Notes under the pieces: generated by a model
What the model saw: the letters and a program-made list of their open reading frames with translations, nothing else
What the model was told of the DNA's origin: nothing
Databases searched by the model: none
In this document: in pieces, positions 1-9,832 of the stretch
Layout of the letters: every line of letters starts with the position of its first letter
How positions within the stretch are numbered: the stretch's first letter is position 1
Translations under genes and position numbers: made by a program
Source of the DNA: an uncultured Acidimicrobiales bacterium
Lineage (GTDB): Bacteria; Actinomycetota; Acidimicrobiia; Acidimicrobiales; CAZWDB01
Assembly: GCA_964632885.1 (NCBI GenBank)
Contig: CAZWDB010000004.1
Location: 11,892-75,891 of the forward strand
Length of the DNA: 64,000 nt
Direction of reading: 5' to 3'

Positions 1-3000
1 AGGCCACGAACCAGTAGCCCGCACCAGACGGTGTCGCCGCCATCGCAACGATCGGCTGGTTGAGGGCGATGTTGCCGGTGGAGCCGTGGAAGGTGGCGTC
101 GCCGAAGGAGAAGATGCCCCCGTCGGATGCGACCATCCAGTAGCCCTGCCCGGTCGGCGTGGCAGCCATGCCGACGATCGGCTGGTTGAGCTCTACCCCA
201 CCCATGGAGCCGAAGAAGCCGGCGTTGCCGAAGGCGAATACGCCGCCGTCGGCTGCCACCTGCCAGTAGCCGCCGTCGTCGGGCGTCGTGGCCGCGGCGA
301 CGATCGGGGCTACCAGCTCACGGAGGCTGGGAGCGATGATCCCGAACGCCCGGACTGGAGTGATCTGGGTGGCGGAGGCCGTGCCGAAGAAGGTGCACTC
401 GCCGAAGGCGAACACACCGCTGTCCTCGGCCACCAGGCAGTAGCCGTCCGGATCGATCGAGCCCGGAGGCGTCTGCGGCGGTGCAGTTGCAGCGCCGCTG
501 AGCACCTCGACCGAGCCGGTGTCGTCAGAATCGTCGTCGTCGACGGTGAGGGCCGTCGCCGTAGCCGAGTTGGTGAGATCACCTTCCTCGACGACGGTGG
601 CGACGATCGTCACCGTCCGCTCGGCACCGGCGGCGGTGTCACCCTCCCAGGTACAGGTCACCGTGCCGTTGGTGCCGACGGCAGGCGTGGTGCACGAACC
701 ACCCGACGACGGAGTCGCCGAGTTGAACGTCGTGCCCGCGGGCAGGTCGTCGGTGACCGTCACGTCGCGTGCGACGCCCGGTCCCTCGTTGGTCACGGTG
801 ATCTCGTAGGTGACGGTGTCACCCACCTCGACTTCGGTCGGGCTGGCGGTCTTGACGACCGACAGATTGGCCGGGAGGGCCTCGTCGGCGCCCATGTCGA
901 CTGTTGCGGTCCCGTCGCCGTCGGCGTCGATGATGCGATCGTCGCCCTCGAAGTCCTCGTCGAGGCCCGCGGGGACGAGTGCGTTGCTGCCGGCGTCGAG
1001 CGTCGGGCTGTCATTGGTCTGGTGCACGTCGTCGCCGCCCACTAGTGCGGGATCGGCGCAGATGTTGCCGTCGCCGGGGAAGGCACCACCGGTGAACCCG
1101 GCACCCATGCAGGCGTCGGAGAACACCGCGTCGACGTCTTCGAAGCCGGCGATGTCGGGTCCGGTGCCACCGGTGTTGGCGGCGACGATGGTGTTGGTGA
1201 GGTGCAGATGCTCCTCGTCCTCTCCACCGCCGATACCGGGTGCCACCGCACCCGTGCCGGCGGTGTTGCCAGACACGGTGGAGTTCTGCAGCGCGAGCAC
1301 AGCGGTGCTGCCAGAGGAGTCGGCATAGATGCCGCCGCCGGACCCGGTGCCGATGGTGTTGCCCGCTGACACGAGGTTGCGCCCGATGAAGGAGTCGAAG
1401 ACTCGGTCGAGCACCCAGAGCCCGCCGCCCTCGGCGTTGTCGCCGTTGACGGTGTTGTTGGTGAAGGTGTCGTTGGTGCTCTGGGTTTGACCCGCCGCGA
1501 TCCATGCGCCGCCGCCCTGCGTTTCGGCGAAGGGAGGGCTGGCCTGGACGACGTTGCCGTCGAAGAGGTTGTTGGACATCGTGACCTCGCACGACGAGTT
1601 GTCGAGCCACAGACCGCCGCCTTCGCGATCGGACCGAGCCTGGTCAGTCGCGCGCAGCTCGTTGCCCGAGAAGGTGTTGTCGTTCACCTCGACGGTCTCG
1701 CAGCTCGCGCCGGCGTAATAGAGCCCACCCCCGTCGTCGCCGGAGGCATTGCCCTGGAATGTGTTGCCGGCGACGGACGTCGCAACCGATGCTTCGGCCC
1801 ACAACCCCCCACCGTCGCTGGTCGCGTCGTTCGACTCGATCGCGTTGTCGTGAATGCGGAGCACTGGGGCGGAGAGGAACGCGCCACCACCGATGCCCTC
1901 GAGGTCAGAGGTCGTGAGCGCGCGGTTCATCGCGATGCTGTTGCCACTGAGCTCAAGGTCGGCACCGCCAACCAGCCAGAGCCCGCCACCCTCGCCGGCT
2001 GTGATGTTGTCGTTGACCGAGTTGTTCCGAACGTTGAACGTCCCGACACCGATTCCGAGGACGCCCGCTCCGAGCGAGTCGGGACCAGCCTGGTTCCCCG
2101 AGATGGTGTTGTTCTCGACTCGCGTGACCGGTCCGAGACCGATCGGCAGCACGCCGCTGCTGTCGCCGTCGGCATCGGTGATGTTGTTGGAGATGGTGTT
2201 CGTCAGGAGGTTGAGGTCGCCAAGTGCGATCAACTCCGCCCCGGCGAAGATCGAGGCGGCGGAGTTGTTCGATATCGAACTCTGCGTAAACCAGGTCGTG
2301 CCCTCGCTGATCGTGAGCAGCGCGGCCGCACTCCCGTCGGTCATGTCGTTGCCGTCGAAGGTCGAGTTCTCGACCACGAGGTCGCCGGCGGCGGCGCCCT
2401 CGACGGCTTGGGGGTGGACCGCGCCGAAGCGCTCACGAGCGGCTTCAGGTGTGAGCGAGTCCCTGTCGAGCTGCCCAAGCCCAAGGGCATCGCTGCGAGA
2501 AGTCGCGAGTCGCAGCGCGTCCTCGACGCTCCTCGTGCTGCTCACCGACGCAGCCGATGAGATGAGCTCGCCTGCGCCCAAGATGCCCACGCCGCCCGAT
2601 CCATCGGCGACGGCGACGTTGTCATTGGCACTGACCTCTGAGAGATGGATGCCCTCGGCAATCGCGAGGATGCCGCCGAAGTCGTGCGCCATGTTTCCGT
2701 TGAGCGTGGTGTTGGAGAGCGCCAGTCCGCCACCGTCGGAGCCGCCAATCGCGAGGAGCCCGCCTACGACGCCCGCGGAGTCAGTCGCGACGTTGCCGTC
2801 GATGTTGCTGCCGGAAATGAACACGTCGCCGTCGCCGCTGTTGACGAGGAGGGCGCCGCCGATGTCAGGCGCCGAGTTGCCGGCGCCGTTGCCCACGCCG
2901 CCGGCACTCAAGCCGCCGACGATGGTGTCGGTGAGATGGATGTCGGGTGTGGATCCGGAAGTAGAGGTGATGAGGAGTCCGCCGGCAAAGCTTGCCGCCT

Positions 3001-3472
3001 CGTTGCCCTGGAAGATCGAATTCACGATGCGGGGCGCGACCGTGCCGGTGAGAGCGAGGGCGCCGCCGCCGTTGGAACCGGGGTCGGTGCTGTTGCGGAA
3101 GACGAGGTCCCGGATCGTGGTCGTGCCGACGTCGAGGCCCGAGAGGACGCGGTGCGGCGCACCGGTGCCGTCGAAGCCCTCTTCGTCGCCGTCGCCCGGC
3201 ACACCTTCGAGGGTGATCTGCACGCCGTCCTTGAGACGGAATGACATGCCGGTACACAGCGCGTCGAGGGTGATGGTGTCGCCGTCGACCGCCTGGTCGA
3301 GCGCCGCCTGCAGATCGGCGCAGTCGGTGACCGTCTCGTCCGCGGCGAGCGCGGGACTGACGGGTTGCAGCACGGGCGCGTTGACTGGAAGTCCGAACAC
3401 TCCAAGTGCCACTGCCAAAGCCGCCGCCATCGTGATCCGAAGAACCTGGACGCGCAAAGGTGCCTCCTCCAT
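1..3472 (-). CDS. Secreted parallel beta-helix repeat protein with DUF11 domain and C-terminal GYW/SDGG-F-FG repeats (partial; C-terminus lies beyond the left edge)
   Basis: Absent from the ORF track because no stop lies in the window. My reverse translation from ATG 3472 gives [27 protein letters not shown] (signal peptide), many beta-helix turns (NTxSGN, GGGLW), [44 protein letters not shown] (DUF11), then [22 protein letters not shown]-type repeats at 1-450. The plus-strand ORFs 86-1045, 1487-2560 and 1854-3509 are antisense shadows. Confidence 0.8.
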   Translation of the reverse strand, partial: MEEAPLRVQVLRITMAAALAVALGVFGLPVNAPVLQPVSPALAADETVTDCADLQAALDQAVDGDTITLDALCTGMSFRLKDGVQITLEGVPGDGDEEGFDGTGAPHRVLSGLDVGTTTIRDLVFRNSTDPGSNGGGALALTGTVAPRIVNSIFQGNEAASFAGGLLITSTSGSTPDIHLTDTIVGGLSAGGVGNGAGNSAPDIGGALLVNSGDGDVFISGSNIDGNVATDSAGVVGGLLAIGGSDGGGLALSNTTLNGNMAHDFGGILAIAEGIHLSEVSANDNVAVADGSGGVGILGAGELISSAASVSSTRSVEDALRLATSRSDALGLGQLDRDSLTPEAARERFGAVHPQAVEGAAAGDLVVENSTFDGNDMTDGSAAALLTISEGTTWFTQSSISNNSAASIFAGAELIALGDLNLLTNTISNNITDADGDSSGVLPIGLGPVTRVENNTISGNQAGPDSLGAGVLGIGVGTFNVRNNSVNDNITAGEGGGLWLVGGADLELSGNSIAMNRALTTSDLEGIGGGAFLSAPVLRIHDNAIESNDATSDGGGLWAEASVATSVAGNTFQGNASGDDGGGLYYAGASCETVEVNDNTFSGNELRATDQARSDREGGGLWLDNSSCEVTMSNNLFDGNVVQASPPFAETQGGGAWIAAGQTQSTNDTFTNNTVNGDNAEGGGLWVLDRVFDSFIGRNLVSAGNTIGTGSGGGIYADSSGSTAVLALQNSTVSGNTAGTGAVAPGIGGGEDEEHLHLTNTIVAANTGGTGPDIAGFEDVDAVFSDACMGAGFTGGAFPGDGNICADPALVGGDDVHQTNDSPTLDAGSNALVPAGLDEDFEGDDRIIDADGDGTATVDMGADEALPANLSVVKTASPTEVEVGDTVTYEITVTNEGPGVARDVTVTDDLPAGTTFNSATPSSGGSCTTPAVGTNGTVTCTWEGDTAAGAERTVTIVATVVEEGDLTNSATATALTVDDDDSDDTGSVEVLSGAATAPPQTPPGSIDPDGYCLVAEDSGVFAFGECTFFGTASATQITPVRAFGIIAPSLRELVAPIVAAATTPDDGGYWQVAADGGVFAFGNAGFFGSMGGVELNQPIVGMAATPTGQGYWMVASDGGIFSFGDATFHGSTGNIALNQPIVAMAATPSGAGYWFVA

Positions 3473-3568
3473 TGCAAATGCCCCAGTCGGTGGAGCGGCC
3501 ACACCTTAGGTAGCCGAACTGACGCGGTCAACTAACCACCGCGCGCACGGGCGAGGCACTGTGGACGG

Positions 3569-4729
3569 GTGGTGGCCCCACCAAAGCTCCGCGTGCTGCG
3601 CGTGATCGCACGGACGAACGTCGGTGGGCCGGCGCAGCACGTCGCAGTTCTCACCACGCGACTCGATCCGGAGCGGTTCGAGTCGCTGCTCGCTGCCGGC
3701 ATCCCCGACCCGCGGGAGGGCGACTTGTTCGCCCTGCGGCCCGACTACGCCAGCCAGCTCGAGGGTCGGCTGAAACGAGTCGGAGGCCTGGGCCGGGCGG
3801 TGAACCCAGTGCAGGACATCCGGGCGGCCGCCGCCCTCGAACGTCTCATCCGCCGGTTCCGACCCCACATCGTCCACACCCACACCGCCAAGGCGGGTGC
3901 GCTCGCCCGCCCGCTCGCACGACTGCACCGGGTACCGGTCGTGGTCCACACCTTCCACGGCACAGTCTTCGGCGGTCACTTCCGACCTGCCACCGCTCGC
4001 GCCGTCGCCGCGGCCGAACGCGTGTTGGCCCGGTTCACCGACGCCGCCGTCGCCGTGTCCCCTGCGGTGAAGGCCGAGCTTGCACACCGCGGCATCGCAC
4101 CCGGAGCCATCCGGGTCGTGCCGCTCGGTCTCGACCTTGCCCCGTTCATGGCGGTCCCTCCCATCACGCCCGATCACCGCAATCGCCAGGTAGCTCTCGT
4201 GGCCCGGCTGGCCCCGGTGAAGGACGTCCCCCTCGCTATCGCCGCGGTCGCACAAGCCCGTACCAGGCTCCCTGACCTCACGCTCGCGATCGCGGGCGAT
4301 GGTCCCCTCCGATCCGAACTGGAACGGGCAGCGCCCTCATGGGTGCGCTTCCTCGGCAACGTGGCCAACGTTCCGGGCCTCATGCGAGAAAGTGCCGCCG
4401 TCGTGCTCAGCTCGAAGTCGGAAGGTTCGCCGGTCGCGCTCATCGAGGCGTTGACGGCGGCCCGTCCGGTGGCGGCCGTCCCCGTCGGCGGCGTGATCGA
4501 CCTGTTGAGCGAGCGACCGGGGGCCGCGCTCGCGCGTGACCGCTCGCCTGAGGCGCTTGCCGCTGCGGTGGCCGACGTGCTGTCGGATCCCAGCTACGCG
4601 GCCGGCGCGGCCGCGGGGCGGAGCCGCTTAGCGGACGGGTTCGGTGCCGACCGCCTCGTCGCCGACGTCGCCGCCCTCTACGAGGAGCTCTGGGCCGCGG
4701 CGCGACCGGGCGACGCCGACGACGGCTAG
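3569..4729 (+). CDS. Glycosyltransferase family 4 (GT-B fold)
   Basis: 386-aa ORF. N-terminus RVLRVIARTNVGGPAQHV; C-terminal SSKSEGSPVALIEALTAARPVAAVPVGGVIDLL resembles the GT4 E-x7-E region. Confidence 0.85.
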   Translation: MVAPPKLRVLRVIARTNVGGPAQHVAVLTTRLDPERFESLLAAGIPDPREGDLFALRPDYASQLEGRLKRVGGLGRAVNPVQDIRAAAALERLIRRFRPHIVHTHTAKAGALARPLARLHRVPVVVHTFHGTVFGGHFRPATARAVAAAERVLARFTDAAVAVSPAVKAELAHRGIAPGAIRVVPLGLDLAPFMAVPPITPDHRNRQVALVARLAPVKDVPLAIAAVAQARTRLPDLTLAIAGDGPLRSELERAAPSWVRFLGNVANVPGLMRESAAVVLSSKSEGSPVALIEALTAARPVAAVPVGGVIDLLSERPGAALARDRSPEALAAAVADVLSDPSYAAGAAAGRSRLADGFGADRLVADVAALYEELWAAARPGDADDG

Positions 4730-5773
4730 GGCGACGACGACCGGTATCACCATCCCCCGCTGCCGGAAAGCGGTGCCGGCGTTGCCTTCGAAGATGGCAA
4801 GCACGGCCACAACGCCACCCACGAGGGCGCCGGGCCCAATCCAGTCGGGCCAGAGGTTGTGCCGGTGCCGCACGGCGCCTGCTGCTGCGAGCGCCAAGGC
4901 CGCGTACCACAACGGCAGCTCGACCACGAGCAGGACGCGCGCCGCCGGATCCTCCGCCTGCCACGGGAGCGGCCCGAGGAAGTTGTACACCGCTGCCGTC
5001 GGCGCGCCCTGGGCGACGTCGCCGATGTCGTCGGGCGGCGGACGCACGTGGGAGGTGGCCCCCCGTTCCTTGGAGGTACGCGCCTCGATCTGGGCGTAGG
5101 TCACTTTGTCTTCCACGACGGTAGACCCGGCGACACCGCGGCCGGCCAGTCCGCCCGCAAGCGCGACGAGCACCAGCGCACCGGCCGCCGAGAGCGCGAC
5201 AGGACGGCGGCGCGCCGCGACCGCCGCCACGGCGCCGATGCCGAGGGCGATCACCGCCACGACGTACACCCAATCGCGAAGGAGCACCACGACCACGGCG
5301 CCGCCGGCCGCCACCAACGCCCCGCGCCGGTCTCCCCGGTAGGCGACGAGCGCGCCCAGAAGCATCACCAATAGCCCGAGGTGCACCGCCACGTCCTTCA
5401 GCACGAGCGCCGACCACAAGACGAGTGACGGCCACAGAGCGACCACAAGCCCGGTGATCCACCCCGCCCCGCGGCCCGCGAGGCGGCGGCCGAGCTCGTA
5501 GGCGGCCACGGCCACCGCCGCACCCAACACGACGTTGGTGAGACGGGGCAGCCACGAGCTCTCGAACGTGAGCCGCCACAACAACCCGATGACGTTCGAG
5601 TAGGCGCGGCGGCTCAGATCGCCGTCCGCGGCGAGCGCCCCCTCCTTCAGATACAACCGTTCGTCCCTCTGGAGGAACTCGGTGCCGGTCACCGCCAAAT
5701 ACGTCATGAGCGCCGCCGCCGCCACCGCTCGCGCGCCGAGCGCGACGACGAAGACCTTCCAGCGCTCCGACAT
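4628..5773 (-). CDS. Polytopic membrane protein, GT-C-like glycosyltransferase or glycan polymerase/ligase (family uncertain)
   Basis: ORF 4628-5974 trimmed to ATG 5773 (MSERWKVFVVALGARAV...). It is hydrophobic-helix rich throughout and its 3' end overlaps the convergent GT4 gene by about 100 nt. Confidence 0.6.
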   Translation of the reverse strand: MSERWKVFVVALGARAVAAAALMTYLAVTGTEFLQRDERLYLKEGALAADGDLSRRAYSNVIGLLWRLTFESSWLPRLTNVVLGAAVAVAAYELGRRLAGRGAGWITGLVVALWPSLVLWSALVLKDVAVHLGLLVMLLGALVAYRGDRRGALVAAGGAVVVVLLRDWVYVVAVIALGIGAVAAVAARRRPVALSAAGALVLVALAGGLAGRGVAGSTVVEDKVTYAQIEARTSKERGATSHVRPPPDDIGDVAQGAPTAAVYNFLGPLPWQAEDPAARVLLVVELPLWYAALALAAAGAVRHRHNLWPDWIGPGALVGGVVAVLAIFEGNAGTAFRQRGMVIPVVVALAVVGVARSRRGPELLVEGGDVGDEAVGTEPVR

Positions 5774-5836
5774 GCGATCACGATAGGGGACCTCGCGGGC
5801 GCGGGTGCCAGCTCCGACCTCCGTAACATTGGCCCG

Positions 5837-6874
5837 GTGCGGCAGCCGTCGAACTGGCTCTACCTCTCGATCTTCGTCGCGGCTGCCGGCGCGGCGATCA
5901 TGCTCACGCCGGCGGCAATGCGACTGGCGCGCCGGCTTGGTCACGCCGACCAGCCCGATGGCAGCCGCCATCACGTCGAACCGGTCGCCCTGTTCGGTGG
6001 GCTGGCGATCTACGGCGGCGCGTTCGCTGGCGCGTGGCTGATGGCACCGGGCGCCCGGCCCGAGCTGAAGGGCTTCTTCATCGCCGGCCTGGTGATGCTC
6101 GTCTCAGGGCTGCAGGATGACGTGGCCTCGATGGACCCGTGGCTCAAGACCCTGGCCCAGGTCGCGGGCGCGCTCGTGCTCGTCGGTTTCGGGGTGCAGG
6201 TGCAACTCGTCGGCGTGGCGGTCATCGACGTGGCGCTCACCGTTGGGTGGATCGTCGCGGTCGTCAACGCCTTCAACTACCAGGACAACATGAACGGTTT
6301 GGCCGCGGGCTTGGCTACGACCTGCGCCCTGGGCTTTTTTGCCATCGCGGTGGCTGAGCAGCAGTACCTCGTGGCCATCCTCGCCATCGGACTGGCCGGG
6401 GGCAGCGCGGGGTTCCTGCGATACAACTTCCCGAAGGCTCGCATCTTCATGGGCGACGCCGGCTCGATGTTCATCGGGTTCGTGCTGGCCTTCCTCGGCA
6501 TCCGCCTGCGGTTCCTCGACGCACCCAAGACGGCCACGTTCTTCGTCCCCGCCATCGTGGTCGCCGTCCCCCTCTTCGACGCCGCCCTCGTGACGGTGTC
6601 GCGCCTGCGGCGGCGGGTGCCGGTCACCCAGGGCGGCACCGACCACAGCTCGCACCGCCTCGTTCGCGCCGGCCTCCGCCCCGCGTCCGCCGTGGCACTC
6701 CTGTGGGCGGCCCAGGCGGCGTGCGCCGCCGCCGCGTTCGCGATCACCCGCCTGTCGTGGACCGGCGACCTCATCGTCGCGGGCGTGCTGGCTGCCGTGG
6801 CTCTGGTCGCGGGCATCTCGCTCGAGCGACGTCAGCACACCGCGCCCCTCCCGCGCGGTGCGGAAGCGAGCTGA
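5837..6874 (+). CDS. Polyprenyl-phosphate HexNAc-1-phosphate transferase, MraY/WecA family
   Basis: Motifs NAFNYQDNMNGLAAG and FMGDAGSMFIGF, with multiple TM helices. This is the typical initiating enzyme of envelope glycan pathways. Confidence 0.85.
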   Translation: MRQPSNWLYLSIFVAAAGAAIMLTPAAMRLARRLGHADQPDGSRHHVEPVALFGGLAIYGGAFAGAWLMAPGARPELKGFFIAGLVMLVSGLQDDVASMDPWLKTLAQVAGALVLVGFGVQVQLVGVAVIDVALTVGWIVAVVNAFNYQDNMNGLAAGLATTCALGFFAIAVAEQQYLVAILAIGLAGGSAGFLRYNFPKARIFMGDAGSMFIGFVLAFLGIRLRFLDAPKTATFFVPAIVVAVPLFDAALVTVSRLRRRVPVTQGGTDHSSHRLVRAGLRPASAVALLWAAQAACAAAAFAITRLSWTGDLIVAGVLAAVALVAGISLERRQHTAPLPRGAEAS

Positions 6875-7817
6875 AGCCGTGGATCCCGACGTCTCGGTGA
6901 TCATCCCAACACGGAATCGCCGGGATCTGCTGGCCGAGGCAGTCGCGTCCGTCGCCGCGCAGACGTTCACCGACTGGGAGCTGATCGTCGTGGACGACGC
7001 ATCCGACGACGGCACCGCCGCGTGGCTGGCGACCATCCACGACGACCGGCTGCGGACCGTCACCATGCCCCGGAACGCGGAGCGGTCGGTCGCCCGGACC
7101 GCTGGCCTCGCCGAGGCGCGCGGGCGGTGGGTGCTGTACCTGGATGATGACGACCTGCTCGAGCCGCACGCGCTGGCGACGCTTCACCATGCCGTACGCC
7201 GCCATCCCGACGCGGTGGCGGCCGTGGGTTGCGTGCGGGCCGTCGGCGCAGCGCGTGGTCGCCGCGGCGTGCGGCCGCTGTGGCCTAGCCGAGTCGAGGA
7301 CGGTTGGCTACACCTGATCGCTGGGTGGACACCGCAGATCGGCGCGGTGTTGACGGCGCGCCATGTGCTCGACGACATCGGCGAGTGGCGGGCCTATCCG
7401 CTACAGCAGGACGTCGACTACTGGCTCCGCGTCACCTACCGGGGCACGGTGGTGGTGACGCCTCGCGTCGTCCACGGTTACCGCCAGCACCATGACCAGG
7501 TACGCGCGACACCGGAGGGCGCCTACGAGGAAGGCCGGCACCTGCGCGAGACCTTCATCGCCGAGCTGCCGCCTCAGGATCAGCAGCGGGCTGCCGCCGC
7601 GATGGCGTCCTGGGAGGCCCACCGGGAGGCGGTGCTGGCCGGCCGCGCCCACCGTCCTCTCCACGCCGCCCTGTGCGCCGTACGCGCCGCTCGCTTGGCG
7701 CCCTGGTTGTTGCGGTCACCCATCGGAGTGCCGCGGCTCGTGCGTCCTGTCCTCAGGAGCCTCGCCGCTCGCCCGCTTCGCCGTACACGGCGGCGTAGCC
7801 CGCGGCCATCTGGCTGA
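6858..7817 (+). CDS. Glycosyltransferase family 2
   Basis: VSVIIPTRNRRDLLAEAVASVAAQTFTDWELIVVDDASDDGT and YLDDDD (GT-A DxD). An alternative in-frame GTG at 6879 lies just after the upstream stop. Confidence 0.8.
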   Translation: MRKRAEAVDPDVSVIIPTRNRRDLLAEAVASVAAQTFTDWELIVVDDASDDGTAAWLATIHDDRLRTVTMPRNAERSVARTAGLAEARGRWVLYLDDDDLLEPHALATLHHAVRRHPDAVAAVGCVRAVGAARGRRGVRPLWPSRVEDGWLHLIAGWTPQIGAVLTARHVLDDIGEWRAYPLQQDVDYWLRVTYRGTVVVTPRVVHGYRQHHDQVRATPEGAYEEGRHLRETFIAELPPQDQQRAAAAMASWEAHREAVLAGRAHRPLHAALCAVRAARLAPWLLRSPIGVPRLVRPVLRSLAARPLRRTRRRSPRPSG

Positions 7818-8889
7818 CAGAGAAGTCCTCCGCCCGCTTGCGGCCTGCCGCCGCCAGCCGGGACCGAAGCTGCCGGCCGGTGAGCAGTCGAGTGAGGGCG
7901 TGGGCGAGCTCGTCCGGGTCGTCCGGCGGTACCAAGAGGCCGCTCACGTCGTGGTCGATGATCTCGGGAATGCCGCCCACCGCCGTGGCGAGTACCGGCA
8001 CGCCGCATGCCATCGCTTCCACCACCACCTGGCCGAAGGTCTCGCTCCGGCTCGGTACGACGACCGCGTCGGAGGCGGTGAGCACGGCTGGCAGGTCGCC
8101 CCGCCAGCCCAGGAACCGCACGACGTTGCCGACACCGGAGTTGGCCGCGTGCCGTTCCAGTGCCGCCTGCTCCGGGCCGCGGCCGGCGAACAGCACGGCG
8201 AGGTCGTCGCCCACTTCGGGGATGACGTGGCGAAGCGCGTCCAGCAGCGACCGGTGACCTTTGATCCAGTGGAGCCGGGCGGGGACCGTCACGACAAGGC
8301 GACCACCGAGCCCAAGCTCTTCTCGGACGGCTCGGGCGGCATCAGGGCTCACCTGATGACGGGCGAGATCGATGCCGTTGGGGACGACCGCCACCTTGCC
8401 GCGATGCGTGTGGTCGAGCCGGACGAGGACGTCGCGGACCGCGTTGGAGACGGCAATTACGCGCGTCGCGAACAACGCAGTCGCCCGGTCGACCTGGCGG
8501 TGGAAGGGCCGGTTCATGATGTGGTGCATGTCGCCGTGATGGCGCGTGACCACGACCGGCACACGCGTCAACCGCGCGGCGGCGACCGCAAGCACGGACG
8601 CGTCGAAGCCGTGGGCCTGCACCAGGTCGATCCGCGCGCGGCGGATGAGGGCCACCAACCGGGCGAGCACGGTGGGGTAGTGGCGGCGGGATGCCGCCCG
8701 CGCGGCCACGATGGTGGCGTCAGCCGTCTCGAGCGCGTCGCGCTGCCATGGCTCGGTGCCGCGAACGACCCACACGTGGAACGCGAACCGGTTGGGGTCG
8801 AAGGCGGCAAGGAACGCGGGGAAGTTTTGGCCGTCGAAGCCGTCGATGAGCTGGAGCACTCGAGCGGGTGCCGGGCCGCCCGCGCTCAC
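7753..8889 (-). CDS. Glycosyltransferase family 4
   Basis: ORF 7753-9462 trimmed to GTG 8889, which forms a GTGA overlap with the stop of the upstream GT2. VVVPSRSETFGQVVVEAMACGVPVLATAVGGIPEII is a GT4 signature. Confidence 0.8.
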   Translation of the reverse strand: MSAGGPAPARVLQLIDGFDGQNFPAFLAAFDPNRFAFHVWVVRGTEPWQRDALETADATIVAARAASRRHYPTVLARLVALIRRARIDLVQAHGFDASVLAVAAARLTRVPVVVTRHHGDMHHIMNRPFHRQVDRATALFATRVIAVSNAVRDVLVRLDHTHRGKVAVVPNGIDLARHQVSPDAARAVREELGLGGRLVVTVPARLHWIKGHRSLLDALRHVIPEVGDDLAVLFAGRGPEQAALERHAANSGVGNVVRFLGWRGDLPAVLTASDAVVVPSRSETFGQVVVEAMACGVPVLATAVGGIPEIIDHDVSGLLVPPDDPDELAHALTRLLTGRQLRSRLAAAGRKRAEDFSVSQMAAGYAAVYGEAGERRGS

Positions 8890-9821
8890 CGCCACACCAG
8901 CCGATCGCGCCAACGCCGCGCCCTGGCGCGCCACACCGGCCGCAGCCACGTCTGGAGCCAGAGCCGCCCCGTTCGGGACACGCCGCGCCAGCCACCAACG
9001 GCCCTGCGGGCGGCGCGCAGCTCGCGCCGTGCCACGCCCATGTCGCCCGCCACGTAGTAGTGCGCGGCGCAGAAGCGGTGCATGCCGGCCAGCACGATCT
9101 GGCGTTCCTCTGTCCGCAACGGTGCGCCCCCCACACCTTCGTCGAGCACCAGCTCGGCCGCGATCTGGCGCCAGCGGATGCGGTCGAGGGGATCGTGCAT
9201 CGATCGTCCGGGGTGCTCGCGGATGCGCACCCCCGGTCGCGGCAGCAGGCGCAAGGGGAGGCGAGCGGCCAGGCGGGCGAGAAACACCCAGTCCTCGCTG
9301 CCTTCGAGTGGGGGGAACCCGCCCGCTGCCTGCGCGGCCGCGACCGGCACGACGAGGCCCTGCAGGGGGACGGCCATGCCCCAGAGACAGGCGCGCCGGG
9401 CGTCGCGTTTGGCGTTGTCGGGAATCGGCTGGGCCCGGGTGCGGCCGGCGGCGGCATCCCACAGGCGTGCCGGCGCGGCGAAGACGGCGTCGTCACGGGT
9501 GGCCGACCACGCCGCCTGGAATTGCGCGACCTGCCACGGTTCGAGCACGTCGTCGTCGTCGAGGAAGATCACATAGGACGTTTCGACGGCCGCCAGGCCG
9601 CGGTTGCGGGCCGCGCTGCGCCCGGCGTTGCTCTGCTCGACGACGCGAAGGTGGGGGAAGAGCTCGCGGACGCGGGTCGCGGTGCCGTCCGTGGAGCCGT
9701 CGTCGACGACGACCACTTCATCGGGAACAACCTGCTGGTCGTAGGCGGAGGTGACGGCGTCGGCCACGAGGGGCCAGCGGTTGTGGGTGGGGATGACGAC
9801 AGCGACCGTGGGGGCCGGCAC
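8886..9821 (-). CDS. Glycosyltransferase family 2
   Basis: MPAPTVAVVIPTHNRWPLVADAVTSAYDQQVVPDEVVVVDDGSTDGT and FLDDDD. Confidence 0.85.
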   Translation of the reverse strand: MPAPTVAVVIPTHNRWPLVADAVTSAYDQQVVPDEVVVVDDGSTDGTATRVRELFPHLRVVEQSNAGRSAARNRGLAAVETSYVIFLDDDDVLEPWQVAQFQAAWSATRDDAVFAAPARLWDAAAGRTRAQPIPDNAKRDARRACLWGMAVPLQGLVVPVAAAQAAGGFPPLEGSEDWVFLARLAARLPLRLLPRPGVRIREHPGRSMHDPLDRIRWRQIAAELVLDEGVGGAPLRTEERQIVLAGMHRFCAAHYYVAGDMGVARRELRAARRAVGGWRGVSRTGRLWLQTWLRPVWRARARRWRDRLVWR

Positions 9822-9832
9822 GGCGGGCGAAC

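Noticed and set aside
86-3509. Long plus-strand ORFs 86-1045, 1487-2560 and 1854-3509.
   Set aside because: Their translations are Arg/Ala/Pro/Ser-rich low-complexity strings typical of the wrong frame in G+C-rich DNA.
The opposite strand gives one continuous, domain-rich secreted protein with a signal peptide.
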